The notes under the pieces are model-generated. The model was not told where the DNA came from and did no database searches. It saw only the letters and a program-made list of their open reading frames with translations. Shown here piece by piece: positions 36,901-50,006 of a stretch of DNA of 64,000 nucleotides; the stretch's first letter is position 1, and every line of letters starts with the position of its first letter. The position numbers and the translations under genes are program-made. The DNA comes from Saccostrea cucullata (taxonomy: Eukaryota), in contig NW_026926947.1 in NCBI RefSeq assembly GCF_032062105.1, positions 186,001 through 250,000 of the forward strand, read 5' to 3'.

Positions 36901-38567
36901 AAGACGACCTATTAATTTTAGTGATAGGAATGTATTCCAAAAAGACGAAAAAGAGGAGGGGCATATAGCTGAAACTTAAGTCATATTTTGATGTGATGAA
37001 AAATTCATTACTTTTCGAATCATTGACGTATTTTTCTTTATTTTTCAGCTGTTACCGTAAGATTCTTAACCAAAAGATTTATAGGCGAATACAACTCCAA
37101 TATAGGTAAGAAATACAGAAAAAAGTCATCATTTTCTTTTGAATTCTTCAGGACGAATCATAACATTGTCAATTGTTTATAAATTTTCTGATTTAAAGAC
37201 TCAATGCTAAAGTTCATTTTTTTTTTAATTTCAGATTTGTTATATAAGTCGTGCATCAAGCAAGAAGATTACTTGACAGACATTGAAATCTTAGACACCA
37301 GTAGCAGAAAGGTAATTTTCGTAATTAATCATCAAATTAACAAATCGTTTTTATTATTACTCATCAACAAATTAACATTGCAAGCGATAACGATGTTTTG
37401 TTATTGAATGCGTACTTTCGCAGATGTTTGACGCAAGAGAAAAAACTAACTTTTGTGATGTCATGCAAAGAAATACTATAGTAAAGGAAAACACACATGA
37501 ACTATCTTTAAAACATGAATGGAGATTACACAGCTTTAGGGAAAAGTATCAATTTTATTTCTTGTGTCTTCCATTTGTTTTGACGGAAAATTCAGAACAT
37601 ATTTTATAAACAAAAACTGAATATTAAGTCTTCTGTAGCAAGACACCGAATTTATTTGGATAATAAGCATACTTAAACTCATTCCATGTCAAATTTTTAA
37701 CCGCTTTAGTTCGTAATCTATTAAATATGTTGGGGTTATGTTTGCTCTAGCCTGACTTCGATCTCCAGAATGTGTTAAGTTTGGACGGCTATTGTTATTG
37801 ACATTATTTACATGGTGAGGGGATTACGGTGGATTATGTAGTAGACTTAATACTCTCACCGAGTTATCTGTCAAATTCGTGCTAACATTCGATTGTATGT
37901 AAGCATTAAATATGATTCCATATCGTATATGGGTCATCTAGAATGTCACGTAAACAAACTAAAATTGAGAATTTTTGTCCTATATACAAGAAAAGACCGT
38001 GCAATTTTTTTAATCTAGACATTGTTTTATTCCCTTTTCAAATAAAGGCCATTCAAAATACCAATTTATATCTTTCAATTTTCTCTTTTTTAGAATAACT
38101 CATCTTCGCCATCCACAGAGACTCAGTTGAACTGGGCCGATGCTTATGTGATTGTGTACAGCATATGTGATGCGTGTTCGTTTGAAAGAGCTAAGACTCT
38201 CTTAGAGAGCATCAACAAAGTTCGTTCTAACTCCTACATTCCCGTTCTTCTATTAGGAAACAAAACAGACCTCGAACACAGAAGAGCTGTTGGTGTTGAG
38301 GACGGCCACCAGGTGGCCATTGAGTACAACTGCCAATATTACGAAGTATCCGCGGCGGAAAATTACGTCACGATCAACATTGCATTCCAAGCTTTGCTCA
38401 GAGAAGCTAAGATAAACCAACAACAGAAATCTATGTTAAAACGAAGGAGAACGTCTTTAGTGAATGTATCAAAGAAACTTGGTGCCATGTTCAGTGGGAA
38501 GAAAGACTGTGATTTTGATAAAAGAAGGACTTCCGTCGATACGAATTCTCCGCTCAAGCTCACGTGA
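33939..38567 (+). CDS. RERGL: Ras-family small GTPase of the RERG/RERGL/RASL11-12 group, 4 coding exons, 224 aa
   Basis: Exons 33939-34005, 37049-37105, 37235-37311 and 38094-38567; GT-AG, phases consistent, 675 nt. G1 GAEKTGKS, family signature AVTVRFLTKRFIGEY, G3 position DTSSR, WADAYVIVYSI, G4 NKTD, G5 EVSAAE. No CAAX box. The start could be the second ATG at 33951, and exact orthology is uncertain. Confidence 0.88.
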
Positions 38568-40974
38568 AACAAATTTGGCTTTCATCCTCAAAGAAAGCGT
38601 CTGATGATGGACAGAATGTCTGCCCATTTGTATGCCTTAAAATATAGATCTAACGTGCGAACATTAAAAATAAAAGGGTATACAACTCAATTTCTACATT
38701 CAATTAGCAGACATGTGGCACGAAATTATTGCTTGTTTTGAGAAAAAAAGACCTCTTCTTTGTTGAAGATACGAAGATAGTTTAAGTCACATGACTTTAT
38801 AATGCTCCCTGTGATGTACTAACGAGAGAAATGATCAAATCATTGCTCACTTAAAGAACGCCTGTCAGTTATAGAAGTGGAGACTGTTTATTATTAGCAT
38901 TGAATGCTTCGTTGTTTTGTTACATTTGTTTCCTTTTTATGTTATTTCGATTATCTTTGTATATCTATTAAAATAAACAATGTGATTTCCTACAACTCTG
39001 CTCTCCATTTTCTTGTTCTATCTTCAAAATACAGAATGTGTAAACGTAAATAAATTAGTTTTATCAAACATGCCCTTTCTTTGGATAGACCTGTGTCAAC
39101 AACTTGGTGAAGGTTGGTATAAAAAAGAATATTGATTTTGGCAGAGGGTTTTAGGTTTCCGTATTGACATATTTACACGCTTTGACAACCCGTTACTCAA
39201 GTTGACATGGTGTAGATTGGAAACCTTACAATGTATACACTTATCATGCATCTAGTGCATTTGGTTTGCAAACATGTCACAAAAAAAACTGGTAAAAGGA
39301 TAAGACATATGCATTAACCATTATCCATTATAACCCAAATACGTTATGGATAAGGACTCATAAACTGTCAAAACTTAATTAAGCTGGAAATTTCTGCTCT
39401 CTCTTGTATTGGCTCCTTCAACTGCCCAGTATGCAATATTCATTGATAGCTTTTAACAAAATACACATTTACATGCTTTTTTGGAACATTCATCTTATTC
39501 TGAAGTCACGATATTCCCCTTGTTTTGTTTTCCCCCAAATGATGTTTCCTGGGATTACATATGTATTCGCTCTTCACCTAAATCTGCTCCTGAAACCGGG
39601 TTACGCAACCATTTTAGTTTCTAAATTTGGAAAGTACTTAAAACTTCCGTTTGAAATATTGTAATCTTAATGCATTTAATGGATCTATCAGAGTCGAGAC
39701 CGGCCACAATGCTATTGAGGCAAACAAATCACACCGATTCTCGTTGTAAATCAAATACTTATTACATAAGAAGGCATAAGAAAATTTTTATTCGTTATAT
39801 AGATTTTGGCCTTTTAACCCTCTTAAAGGTCTTTTAAAAGGTCTTGCACTTACTCTTTAATTAACAAGATTTGTGAAAATAAAATAAAGTCCAAGGTTTT
39901 GCCTTGGTTCGTGTAATTACATATTGCTTGAAAAAAGAAACATGCTTGTATGTACAGCATAAAGGAGAAGTTGGGCGCTGGTTCGTCTTCATAAAACAAA
40001 TGATGACCTCTGAGACATGCACTTGGTAGTTTCCAATAGTTGTACGTGTGGGACGCACTTTCCATTCTTGTCTTTGATAGCTTCACAGTATTCATTTAAC
40101 AAACATTAATACGTAGGAACATATGCTAAAATGGATGAGAAAGTCAGACATATGGACAGATACATGTATAGTATATTCATGGTTTTACGAATGAGATATG
40201 AAAAAATATACAAATGATCGTGTTTTCCTTTTAAAGCCTTTTATCCCCAAAATCCAAGTCAAAATCTTTTTTTTTTTTTTCCAAGATTTGCAATGTCTGA
40301 ATTTGAATAGAGAATTTGCAACACTATTTTTCTGAGATTTATGACTTCATTAGCCAAATTCGAGAAATCAATTTTCTCTCAATGCCAAGAAATAACAGGA
40401 AACCAGTGCAATATCGTTTAATTCTTTGCAGCCTTATAACATGTATAAAACAAATTTCAATGAAGATTAACCAAGATATAGTTATCTTTGTATGTTGATA
40501 GGTGAAGTGTAATACTTTGAAAATTTGATAGTTCAATCGCGCTGCGCCCACAACACTTTCCCTGCAGGACGCGCCTCTCCAGTATATGACTTGTAGGAAC
40601 GATCTGACTTTCACAGCTTAAATCACCGAGAAAAGTGCATGAAAGACTGTTGGAAATCTTCCTCTTCCATCTCCACTGAGACCTTGTCATGATCAGGAAG
40701 TTTAATTAATTAGGTTATTAATTAAGAAATTAATTGTCTCTGTCTGTTGATATGCATTTTTGTATTGTGCATCTGAGGAGCACAGAATGATACAAGAGAG
40801 TTGCCAAGAAACATGACTCGACCATCATACAACCCATTGTAGTGATACATTTAAAAAAAGCCACAAATTATATAGAAAAAGTTGAAAAAAAAACTTTAGA
40901 TTCAGATCCTGAGAACTTACCGTGAAAAGGTTGACTCCATTTTTGTAACTGTAAATTGAAAAAAATATTCAAAG

Positions 40975-41020
<46 letters not shown>

Positions 41021-41452
41021 CACCCCTTGTAGTGATCAAGAACCACTGAGCCTATTTTGACCAAACTTTAAAAAGCATCCTTGAGTAAAGGGGAATTTAA
41101 ATTGTTAAAAAAAAGCCAAGAAAACAAAAAATTATAAAAAATAGCTGAAAAAAGTTGTAAAAAAAAAACTTGGGGCCACAATGGGGAATCAAAGTTTTAC
41201 ATAGAAATATATAGGAACAATAAGGTCTCAATAAGGTCTCAAAGGAAATATATAGAAAAAATCTTTTAAAAATCTTCTCCTCAAGACCCACTGAAAAGGA
41301 AACTTATGTGGAAGCTTCCTGGGATAGTGTAGATTTCAAATTGTTCAAATCATGACCCCTGGGGGTAAGCCTAAAGGTGTCACAATATGTATTACAAGGG
41401 GGTGAAAGAAAATGGGCAACAGGTGAGCGATGTGGCCCATGGGTCTCTTGTT
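40975..41452 (+). mobile_element. Short HINE-type element with both ends present
   Basis: 5' TTTTTAGCTCACCTGAGCCGAAGGCTCAAGTGAGCT and 3' CAGGTGAGCGATGTGGCCCATGGGTCTCTTGTT, with about one satellite unit inside. Same family as the elements at 17652 and 6912. Confidence 0.85.
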
Positions 41453-42829
41453 CAATTGATAATTTTATTTTTCTGGCTTGCCTCTCCTTACGATACTATT
41501 GCCTATATACCTGAATCTTAATTACTTGCATTGTAGACTAAATAAAACAAACGAGTCAAAAATCCTTTACCTTGAAACAAGTTCATTTTAATAAGCCATT
41601 TTTGTTAAAGTAAATTTGTAATTTTGCTAACAATAAAAAAAATCCCACAATATGAAGGCTTCTTTCCCATAAATTTTTACAAATGGGTTACAGCAACCTC
41701 TCCTACGTTTGCATTGCAGTAAATTAAAAGCAGTATAAACTTGCACCAATTTAGTTCTATCTTTTTTCCCTATAATTTTTATCGCCCTACTCTGAAAATA
41801 GAGAATACAAATCCTACTTTTTGTTTTTATAGTTCATGATTTCCAAAGCTAAAGTCGAGCACGCCACTTCTCCTCACTGCCAAACGAAAATTAGAGCAAA
41901 TTTAACTAATTTCAATGAATATTAACCAATATATAGCTATCTGTTGATATTGATAAGTGAATCCTTGAGAACCTGACATAGAGCGATCACACCCTCAACA
42001 CTTTCTCTGCATGACCTGTGTCTCCTGCAAGGGGAGTTGATGGCTTCGGCTTGGAATAATACACTGATTAAGGACTTCCACAGATTTAGAAATCATTCTC
42101 TTCCTCTTCCCCTGTGTCCTTGATGTATTAATTATCAATTAATAATTTAGTAATTAATCAGTTCCTGGCTGTTGTACACTATACTATGCAAGGGTTTAGT
42201 TTTGCGAAGGAGCGCTGAATGATATTAACAGAGTTGCCAAGAAACATGACTCTGGAATCACCCCCACTGCTTTACTGTAGGTTCATGTTTACACAGTAAG
42301 TGCATTTCACTTTTTTAGATATCAATGTTTTTAGCAAAAGCAAAAAGCAGTTGAAATAAAAAAAAAATCCACGATGACATAGTGATTCTTGTTACCTGAT
42401 ATAAACATAAGACGAATTCAAATATTTTTAATTGCATTTGTTTACCATTGTAAATTAAATAACATAACAATAGAAAGACCTGCATAATTTTGCATTATTT
42501 CAGAGATGATCTCTTCTAGATTTGTTACGTCTTCTCGATTCTAAAAAAATATATATCCCGATTTTTATTCAGTTTATGTCTTCCTTAACTAAAGTCGAGC
42601 AATAAACTTTCTCTAAACGCCAGAAAATAACAGGGAATTGGGTCAAAATTATTTTTTGAAACTTTAACGAATTTCAACGAAGATTAACCAAGATATCGAT
42701 AAATTTAATAGCACGATCACATCATCTACACTTTCCCCGCAGGACCGACCTATCCTGCACATGGATTTGATAGTCACTGGTGGGTATGATAAGACTTCCA
42801 AAAAATTACATATAGTCACGAGTGACAGA

Positions 42830-43048
42830 CTGTTGGAATCATCTTGATAGTGGCGCGGACCAATGTTCGTTGATTTCATGGATTACTATTATCCATGAAT
42901 TTACATCCCTTCTAACAATGGTTTTGTCAAAGTATTTATTCATTGAATCGTTTAGATACATGTACATACGAGTTATCCTCCCAAAACTCCCAAAATTTTG
43001 CTTTACCACTAACATTGGCCCCCACGAATTATAAAGATTTCCACGGTC
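42830..43048. mobile_element. Decayed Tc1/mariner-type MITE
   Basis: Degenerate inverted ends CTGTTGGAATCATC..GACCAATGTTCGT / ACTAACATTGGCCCCCACGAATTATAAAGATTTCCACGG. Confidence 0.5.
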
Positions 43049-43317
43049 TTGAATTTGAATCTCTGCCACGACTGACCTAAGTCCATGAAAAAGGTACATG
43101 TATAGCAACTGTTCCTTCTCCATGCGCTCAGCACTTTGAAGTGAAAATTGCAGGTCCTTTGGATGAGACCTTGAAAACTGAGGCCCCATGTCACGGAAAG
43201 ACAAAGATCCCTCACTGCTTAATGACCCTGAGTGCCGAGTAATGGTCAAACTTTCATCGGTATATGATAACGTCTCTTTAAGTGGAAAAATTCTGAATGG
43301 GACGTAAAACAACAATT

Positions 43318-43361
<44 letters not shown>
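43042..43361 (+). mobile_element. tRNA-derived SINE, 5'-truncated, with an (AATC)n tail
   Basis: B-box-like remnant, central body (GATCCCTCACTGCTTAATGACCCTGAGTGCCGAG), and 3' end GAAAAATTCTGAATGGGACGTAAAACAAC followed by about 11 AATC units (43318-43361). Confidence 0.75.
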
Positions 43362-43363
<2 letters not shown>

Positions 43364-46300
43364 AGGCCATCTTTATAATAATGTTTAATTGCCCTTTACC
43401 AGTTTAGGGTAAAACTATTGGTTCGGTAGGTAGGTGGAAAAAAAATCATGTCCTGGAATGTATCAAATATGTTGAGTCGAGCCATTTTAGTCAGTCTGTC
43501 GGGAGAGGACGACCAAACAGTTTTTTAAAATGGTTTTATCCAATATCCTTTTTCCTAAGTAGCATAAATATGTGAAAAATAGTATCTTTGCACCTATATT
43601 TTGGCAAACGAGCGCAGAACGATAATTAAGGAGTGGACAAGATCGACACACCACTCTGGAATCGCCATTATGCAATGGATAAGTGTACTTCTCTTTTAAG
43701 GCGTAGATATTTTTGATACGAAGATGAATGATAGCATAGAGAATATGGAAAGAAGTACACCGTAAAAGAAGGATTACAATGTACCATGTCTCAATGGACA
43801 TATATGTATATATATACTTTTTATTCTACAAAAAAAAAAAAATATGCCAAGAAAATTTAAGGTTGTGAATCCCCAATCTAGTGAAAGAAATTTTAACCAA
43901 AATGTCAGTAAATGTTGGTGTTGATCAGTCAATTATAATTAATAAAATTGATAATTCAATCAAGTCTCCTGTAGGGTCCACCGCTCCCACACAAGGAGTT
44001 GATGGTTGCTGGTGGGAATGATCAGATTTCTACCGATTTATGAAGCCACCAGTAAATGAGGAAATCGTCCCATTCCTCCTCTCTCTGTGACCTTGAACTT
44101 CATATATTAATAATTAATTTGGTGATTAATTTATTTCTGTCTGCTTATACATGTACTTACACTGTGCACGTATTGTGTTTTGCGAAGGAGCGCTGAATGA
44201 TATTTAGAGAGTTGCCAAGAGCATGACTCTAGAATCACCATGATGCTGTGGTGTATATTGTAGATTGTTACTGTTTCAGTGCATTTCACTTTCTGTGGTA
44301 TTAAAAAAAAGTTAAAACAAAGGACATTTGAAATGCAAATAAAGAAAAAAATGCACACAGATAATACAATAATGACTCCTACATGATATATGGTTGCATG
44401 GAGGCATTGTATAGATAAGTTCAAATATAAAATGATATATACACAGTGTACTACTAACATATAAAAACTGTTACTAGACGTGTAAACAGCATGTAATTCT
44501 AAACATTAAGTAAGGTACAGTTGATGGTTGTAATAAAACCGTGGCCTTGAAAAAACCAAAAATGACTGTAGTGAAATATAAATCAGAACTACAAGTCTGA
44601 AATTAAAGTATGAATATATAAATTTAACGAAAAAGCAACAATTCATAAAGAAGTCAAATAAAATTTCAGAACCAGCTGTGATTCAGAAAACTGTCAAAAA
44701 TTTTGATAAAGATTTTGAATTAACAGATGTTTCACAAACTGTAGTCATCAAAGTAAACAAGTACAAATGATGATGAAATTTTGTTTTATAAACCTATATT
44801 AGCCACTAGAAATTAAAAATAAACTTCGCTAAAACTTATAACAAAACAATTCGTTTTTACAATATGAATAAACCTTGCTTACAATTTTGCACCACAAAGT
44901 ATTTGGAACCTTTACAAAAGTTATTGCAACCTTTCAATGACCTTTGAGCACGTTTGATAACTAATTTATTTAATTAAAACAATGAGCTTAATACCTTGTT
45001 GGTCAATGACTTTTCAGTTCCAAAAATATTTTCAGGAAACCAAAACAAAGTTATTTTTACCAACCAGCAATAGAATCTTCATAATTAAAGGTTGTTCACC
45101 AACGCTTCATCTATCCCAGGTGCTTGTCCATGATACAGTGTATATGGTAGAACAATAACTTCCGATTTCCATCTGTACAATTTCTTTCAGTTCTACTGGT
45201 TTACCTTATGCCATTGACTTTGTTGTTTCCAAGGTGCAAAGCAATTTATTTAATGTTCAAACAGTATGTTTCCTACGCTGAAACATATGTGAATGGTTAT
45301 TTGACATTTATGACTTCAACCTGTCTATTTGAAAGTACATCTTTTACTATGTTTATGTAAGTTTTCAAAAGACCTAGATATAATTAAAAGAATCCTAAAC
45401 AGCAATTAAAGAATAAATTATCCCAACATAGATGAGCCACCTTTGATATTTCAGATGCTTGATATCCATCATGTCTGCCTTTGTTAAATGTGCACTTTGA
45501 AAAGAAACCGTTTTCCTGGTTTCAAAGAAATATTTATCATTTCTACTTAGGTATATCATAATGCTAGGTCTTCAGAAATGGTAACTATTTCTATTTATTT
45601 ATATAAATTTGTAATTTCACACTGTGACAATTTCAATTTTGTACTTCTTGCGCTCGTATCACTTTTCGACTCCTATAAAATCTTCGATTAAAGCTTTAAG
45701 TACAAAATACTTTCATAGAAGAGGTTGTATGTAGACAAACTCCTACACACGTCTGGTATCTTTCAGTAGGTTGTCTGTTATATGTCAGGTTTTTAATTGT
45801 TTTACATACAAATACTCAAATTTATACCTGAGTATATATAGCTTTTCTGAGTAAAGTTGATCTGAACATTTGAGAAATATTGTATTTTTGGTTGTCAATT
45901 TCTTTTGTAGAAATTTATAATGGAAGTAGCCTGTGCTATTCCATATATATGTCTTTTTTCGTTTGTTTGATCTTGGCTTGAAAATTACCTAATAAAACAT
46001 AAATTTATATGCACCAATCTAACAAAGTCGGGTTTAGAATGCCTGATTTTGATGCATCGAAGACTTGAGTCAAAATTTATTTTAGGCTTTAAATTTTGTT
46101 AAAGCAAGGTCTGAAAATATGATATAGAGTAAGAATTTGTCCCAATCGTGTTACTAGCAAATTTTCAGTATTTTATATTTGATTAAGTCATTATATTGTC
46201 TAAGATTTTTCAACACTTTTTAAACATATTTTCCTTAATTTACTAGAATATAATTGATAATTCTATTTTCCTATATAAAAAAAGGGATATCTCTTTTAAA

Positions 46301-46699
46301 AGAAATATTATCATTTCAGTATCCATTGTTGACTGGTGACGCATGCTTAATTTAAGTTCTACGTATAGAAACATTGGTTTCGGGCTTTACTTGTACATGT
46401 ATTATGGTTACAATCTAGGATTCAATATATCAAATCACGTGCATTGTACAGTTGTACTGATTATGTCTTATTGTACATTAAATGTACTAATTCAGTTGTG
46501 TTAAATGCGAATTATCTTTATGCATGTAGGCATTTAAAATGCTCCATTTTTATAAAATATTAATAAATTTAAAGACTCCCTACCAATAACAGAGATGGTA
46601 CATATTATTATCAGTTTGTTTTACTTTCCATTATTTTTATATTTTCTTTCATTTTATATACTTCTATTCCCAAGCTTAATTTGTCTCAAACCTGTGCTA

Positions 46700-46870
46700 T
46701 TGTGGGATCAGGTGCCATGGAGGAGTGGAGGAGTGCGCTCCTTGTTATGATTTGGAAATACCGGAAAAATCCGTTGTCAATTCAATAAATAAATAATGGA
46801 CTAACAATTAGTTTGAAAACCGCCAGTCAGCATTTGACTCAATGATAAATTGCACTTGCTAACAAGGTAC
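46700..46870 (-). mobile_element. Penelope-like element 3' fragment
   Basis: Reverse complement of the 52780-52952 tail (GTGGGATCAGGTGCCATGGAGG; AAATCCGT.GTCAATTCA; GTCAGCATTTGACTCA). Confidence 0.65.
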
Positions 46871-47595
46871 AAACATCCAAATATGAAGTATGATTGATAA
46901 ACTCTGTGGTGCCCTTTACAGTAAACTATATATGGATGCAGATATGAATGGAAATAACAACTGTACATTGAAATCCCCCCTCCGTTTTATTATTGTCTCA
47001 TTAGCTATACCCTTCATTGGGCGAATTTTAAAAGGGACAATTTCAAAGAATACAGTATAACTTCAGGAACAGAACTGTGACTTTAAAATTTAGGAAGGGG
47101 CGAAATTGTTTGCAGGTGTGAAGAGGCGAAGATAACACGGAGCGAAAACAACCATATTTACAGGATTGTTAATTGATTAACCGTCCTTGATATATCTTAA
47201 TGTCGTATTGAAGGTCATAACAAAAAGTCAAAATATCCTTCGTAAAAAATAGTATATAAAATGGGTATAAAGCACATTAGGCAAAATACAACAGAAGGAT
47301 TGGTTGCAATGGCCACTACAGAATCTGTGAAATGCTAACTTTAAAGGATATTTGTAGAGAAATGCATGTACTCAAATGCATATATAATTCAATTTTATAA
47401 AGTTTTCATAAAAGATGCCAGTGTACATTTATAAGAAATAAGCCTCTCTAAAATGAAACCACAAAGACTACATTATATAGATTTTAAGTGTAGATAGTGA
47501 TTCTTTAATTATTTGTCTTTAATTATTGAATGCAACAAGTATGTAAACTTTGTGACAAACAATATGGAAAGCCAAAGTGAATGTAGTCAGTGTTC

Positions 47596-47630
<35 letters not shown>

Positions 47631-47899
47631 GCTAGGTCTTCCAAATAACAAAATGTATTAGTCCCGCAAAAGCAGAAACGGAAAGATGAATTTGAACTTT
47701 GTGACTCGTTCACTCCAATATTTTACATGTACTGATTGACCAACAAATGAAGAAACAGGCACATATATTCTGTAAATATTACTTAGAGGGTACACCAGGT
47801 GTTTATAATGTTATTATTATCCCGGTAATATTCTTTTGCAATTTCTTCCATGTTATGCCTTCACGCTGTGAAATTTATTCTCTGTATTTGATATAGTAG

Positions 47900-50006
47900 G
47901 CAACTTTAATAAAACGAAGATGTTTTCTGTCATTTCATATCAATATTTCTTGCATTTATTGACCACCCATGGTGGAAAAATATATTGCTGCATTTGGTAA
48001 TTCCAACGTTTATTTTCAGTAAATGTACAGCATATCTACATCCATGTATCTAAAGATATAATTTGCAAACACATAGAGAATATAATGAAGACAGAAATAC
48101 AAAGTAGGGGTATTAATATTAGTAATGAAAGACTAAAGTCAATAAACTATACAATGCAGGGATATTGATATTGGTAATGAAAGACCAAAGTAAATAAACT
48201 ATATAATGTATTGTATTAACTGATTCAATTGTTAATTATTTGTCCAAGGCCACTTATTCAGAAACATAAATATTTGTGATTTACTGATCTTTTGATTCTT
48301 AACCACCATTCTGTATACGCAATATTAGATTTACGACGAGGGATCTGTAATTTAAGAAAATGTTTTAAAAGCCAAGATATGTTAATATACCTATATTCCT
48401 CCCCAAAATGATAACAAAGAAAATATTAAAAAATTCCTTTGACATCCAAATTTAATATTAGAAGTACTAAAAAATATATTATTAAATACCTGTACAAGTG
48501 CAATGATATCGGAAAATGTTTCACCATTTAAGACATTTTACGTCTTATTAGAGAGGAATGAAATACAAAAAAAAAATGAAAAGCTTTCGGTCCAATTATT
48601 TATTTCAATTGAAATATATTCACCACAGAGGAAGAGGTTAAAAAGGCAATCCAAAAAATGAAGAGAGGAAAGAGTCCTGGCATAGATAACATCAATGCGG
48701 AACTACTAAAGGAAAGCATAACACATTCAACATCAGAGCTAACAAATTTATTCAACAGAGTCATAGTGCGAAATACCAAACTTGAATGTAGTCATTGTGT
48801 TACCAAAGAAAGGAGATCTGACGATATGTGACAACTATAGAGGAATATCACTACTATCAGTGCCATCTAAAGTATTTTGTAGGGTAGTGATTGAACAAAA
48901 TGTATTAGAAGACAAAAGACCAGAACAAAACAGAAGAGGAAGAAACTGACAGATTTTTGTAAGAAACATATTAGAACAATCTATAATATCATTATATGTT
49001 TCATAGACTTTAAAAAAGCCTTTGAACATAATCAGAGAGAAAGATAACAAGGCACATATTTTTTGTAAACATTTGTGTATAGAGGAAGAACAACCGACTT
49101 ATTATTATACAGGAGTAATATGTGTTATGTCTGAAATTTCTTCATCATTGTGATGACCTGAGAAATCAACAATAAGAAGAGAGGCTGTGGAAGTTTATGT
49201 CACTTTGTAAAGATTTGATTATAGAGACCTTGCAACTTTAAAAAAACTGCAAGAGAAGATGTTTTCTGTCATTTCATATCAATATTTCCTTCATTTATTG
49301 ACCACCCATGGTGGAAAAATATATCTGCACGTGCATTTGGTAATTCCAACGTTTATTTTCAGTAAATGTACAGCATATCTACATCCATGTATCTAAAGAT
49401 ATAATTTGCAAACACATAGAGAATATAATGAAGACAAGGTCCATACCTCTATCATGATACAAAGAAAAAGGGTATTAATATTGGTAAGCTCTCACCTGGG
49501 CCCCTGAGGGAAAGAAAGACCAAAGTCAATAAACTATACAATGCAGGGGTATTAAAATTGGTAATGAACAAGGTAAATAAATATACAATGTATTGTATTA
49601 ACTGATTCAGTTGTTAATTTTTTGTCCAAGGCCACTTATTCAGAAGCATAAATATTAGTGATTTACAGATCTTTTGATCCTTAATAACTGGCATTCTATA
49701 TGCGCAATATTAGATTTACGAAGAGGGATTTGTAATTTAAGAAAATGTTTTAAAAGCCAAGATACCGTATGTTAATATACCTATATTCTTCCGCAAAATG
49801 ATAACAAAGAAAATATTGAAAATTTTCTTTGACATCCAAATTTAATATTATTAGTACTAAATTATATAAATACCTGTACAAGTGCAATGATATCGGAAAA
49901 TGTTTCATCATTTGAAACATTTTACGTCTTATAAGAAAGGAATGAAATACAAAAAATGAAAAGCTTTCGGTACAATTATTTATTTCAATTGAAATATATT
50001 CACCAC
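47900..50006 (+). repeat. Direct duplication of about 0.72-0.77 kb (47900-48626 and 49232-50006)
   Basis: Both copies run from GCAACTTTAA..GAAGATGTTTTCTGTCATTTCATATC to TATTTCAATTGAAATATATTCACCAC with long identical stretches. Confidence 0.9.
48619..49520 (+). mobile_element. RTE-clade non-LTR retrotransposon remnant (reverse transcriptase region)
   Basis: FTTEEEVKKAIQKMKRGKSPGIDNINAELLK, LPKKGDLTICDNYRGISLLSVPSKVFCRVVIE, FIDFKKAF, and C-terminal ALTWAPEGK (49488-49514). Confidence 0.85.

Larger units (their letters stand above)
40350..44300. repeat. Four diverged local copies of an unclassified block (about 40350-40870, 41845-42320, 42585-42840 truncated, 43885-44295)
   Basis: Shared motifs in the same order: AATTTCAA(T/C)GAA(G/T)ATTAACCAA; ACACTTTCCC(T/C)GCAGGAC; GAGTTGCCAAGA(AA/G)CATGACT at 40798, 42231 and 44209. 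An identical 28-mer occurs at 42199-42226 and 44177-44204. Confidence 0.8.

Noticed and set aside
42839-43315. 158-aa minus-strand ORF
   Set aside because: It runs antisense across a SINE and a MITE and has no protein motif.
40350-44300. Insulin-like, ShK or LIM assignment for the repeated block
   Set aside because: No frame gives a consistent Cys pattern across copies; the resemblances were only 4-6 residues long.
45000-45250. Old LINE RT remnant on the minus strand (GQAPGIDE)
   Set aside because: A single short motif with no further RT motifs that I could confirm.
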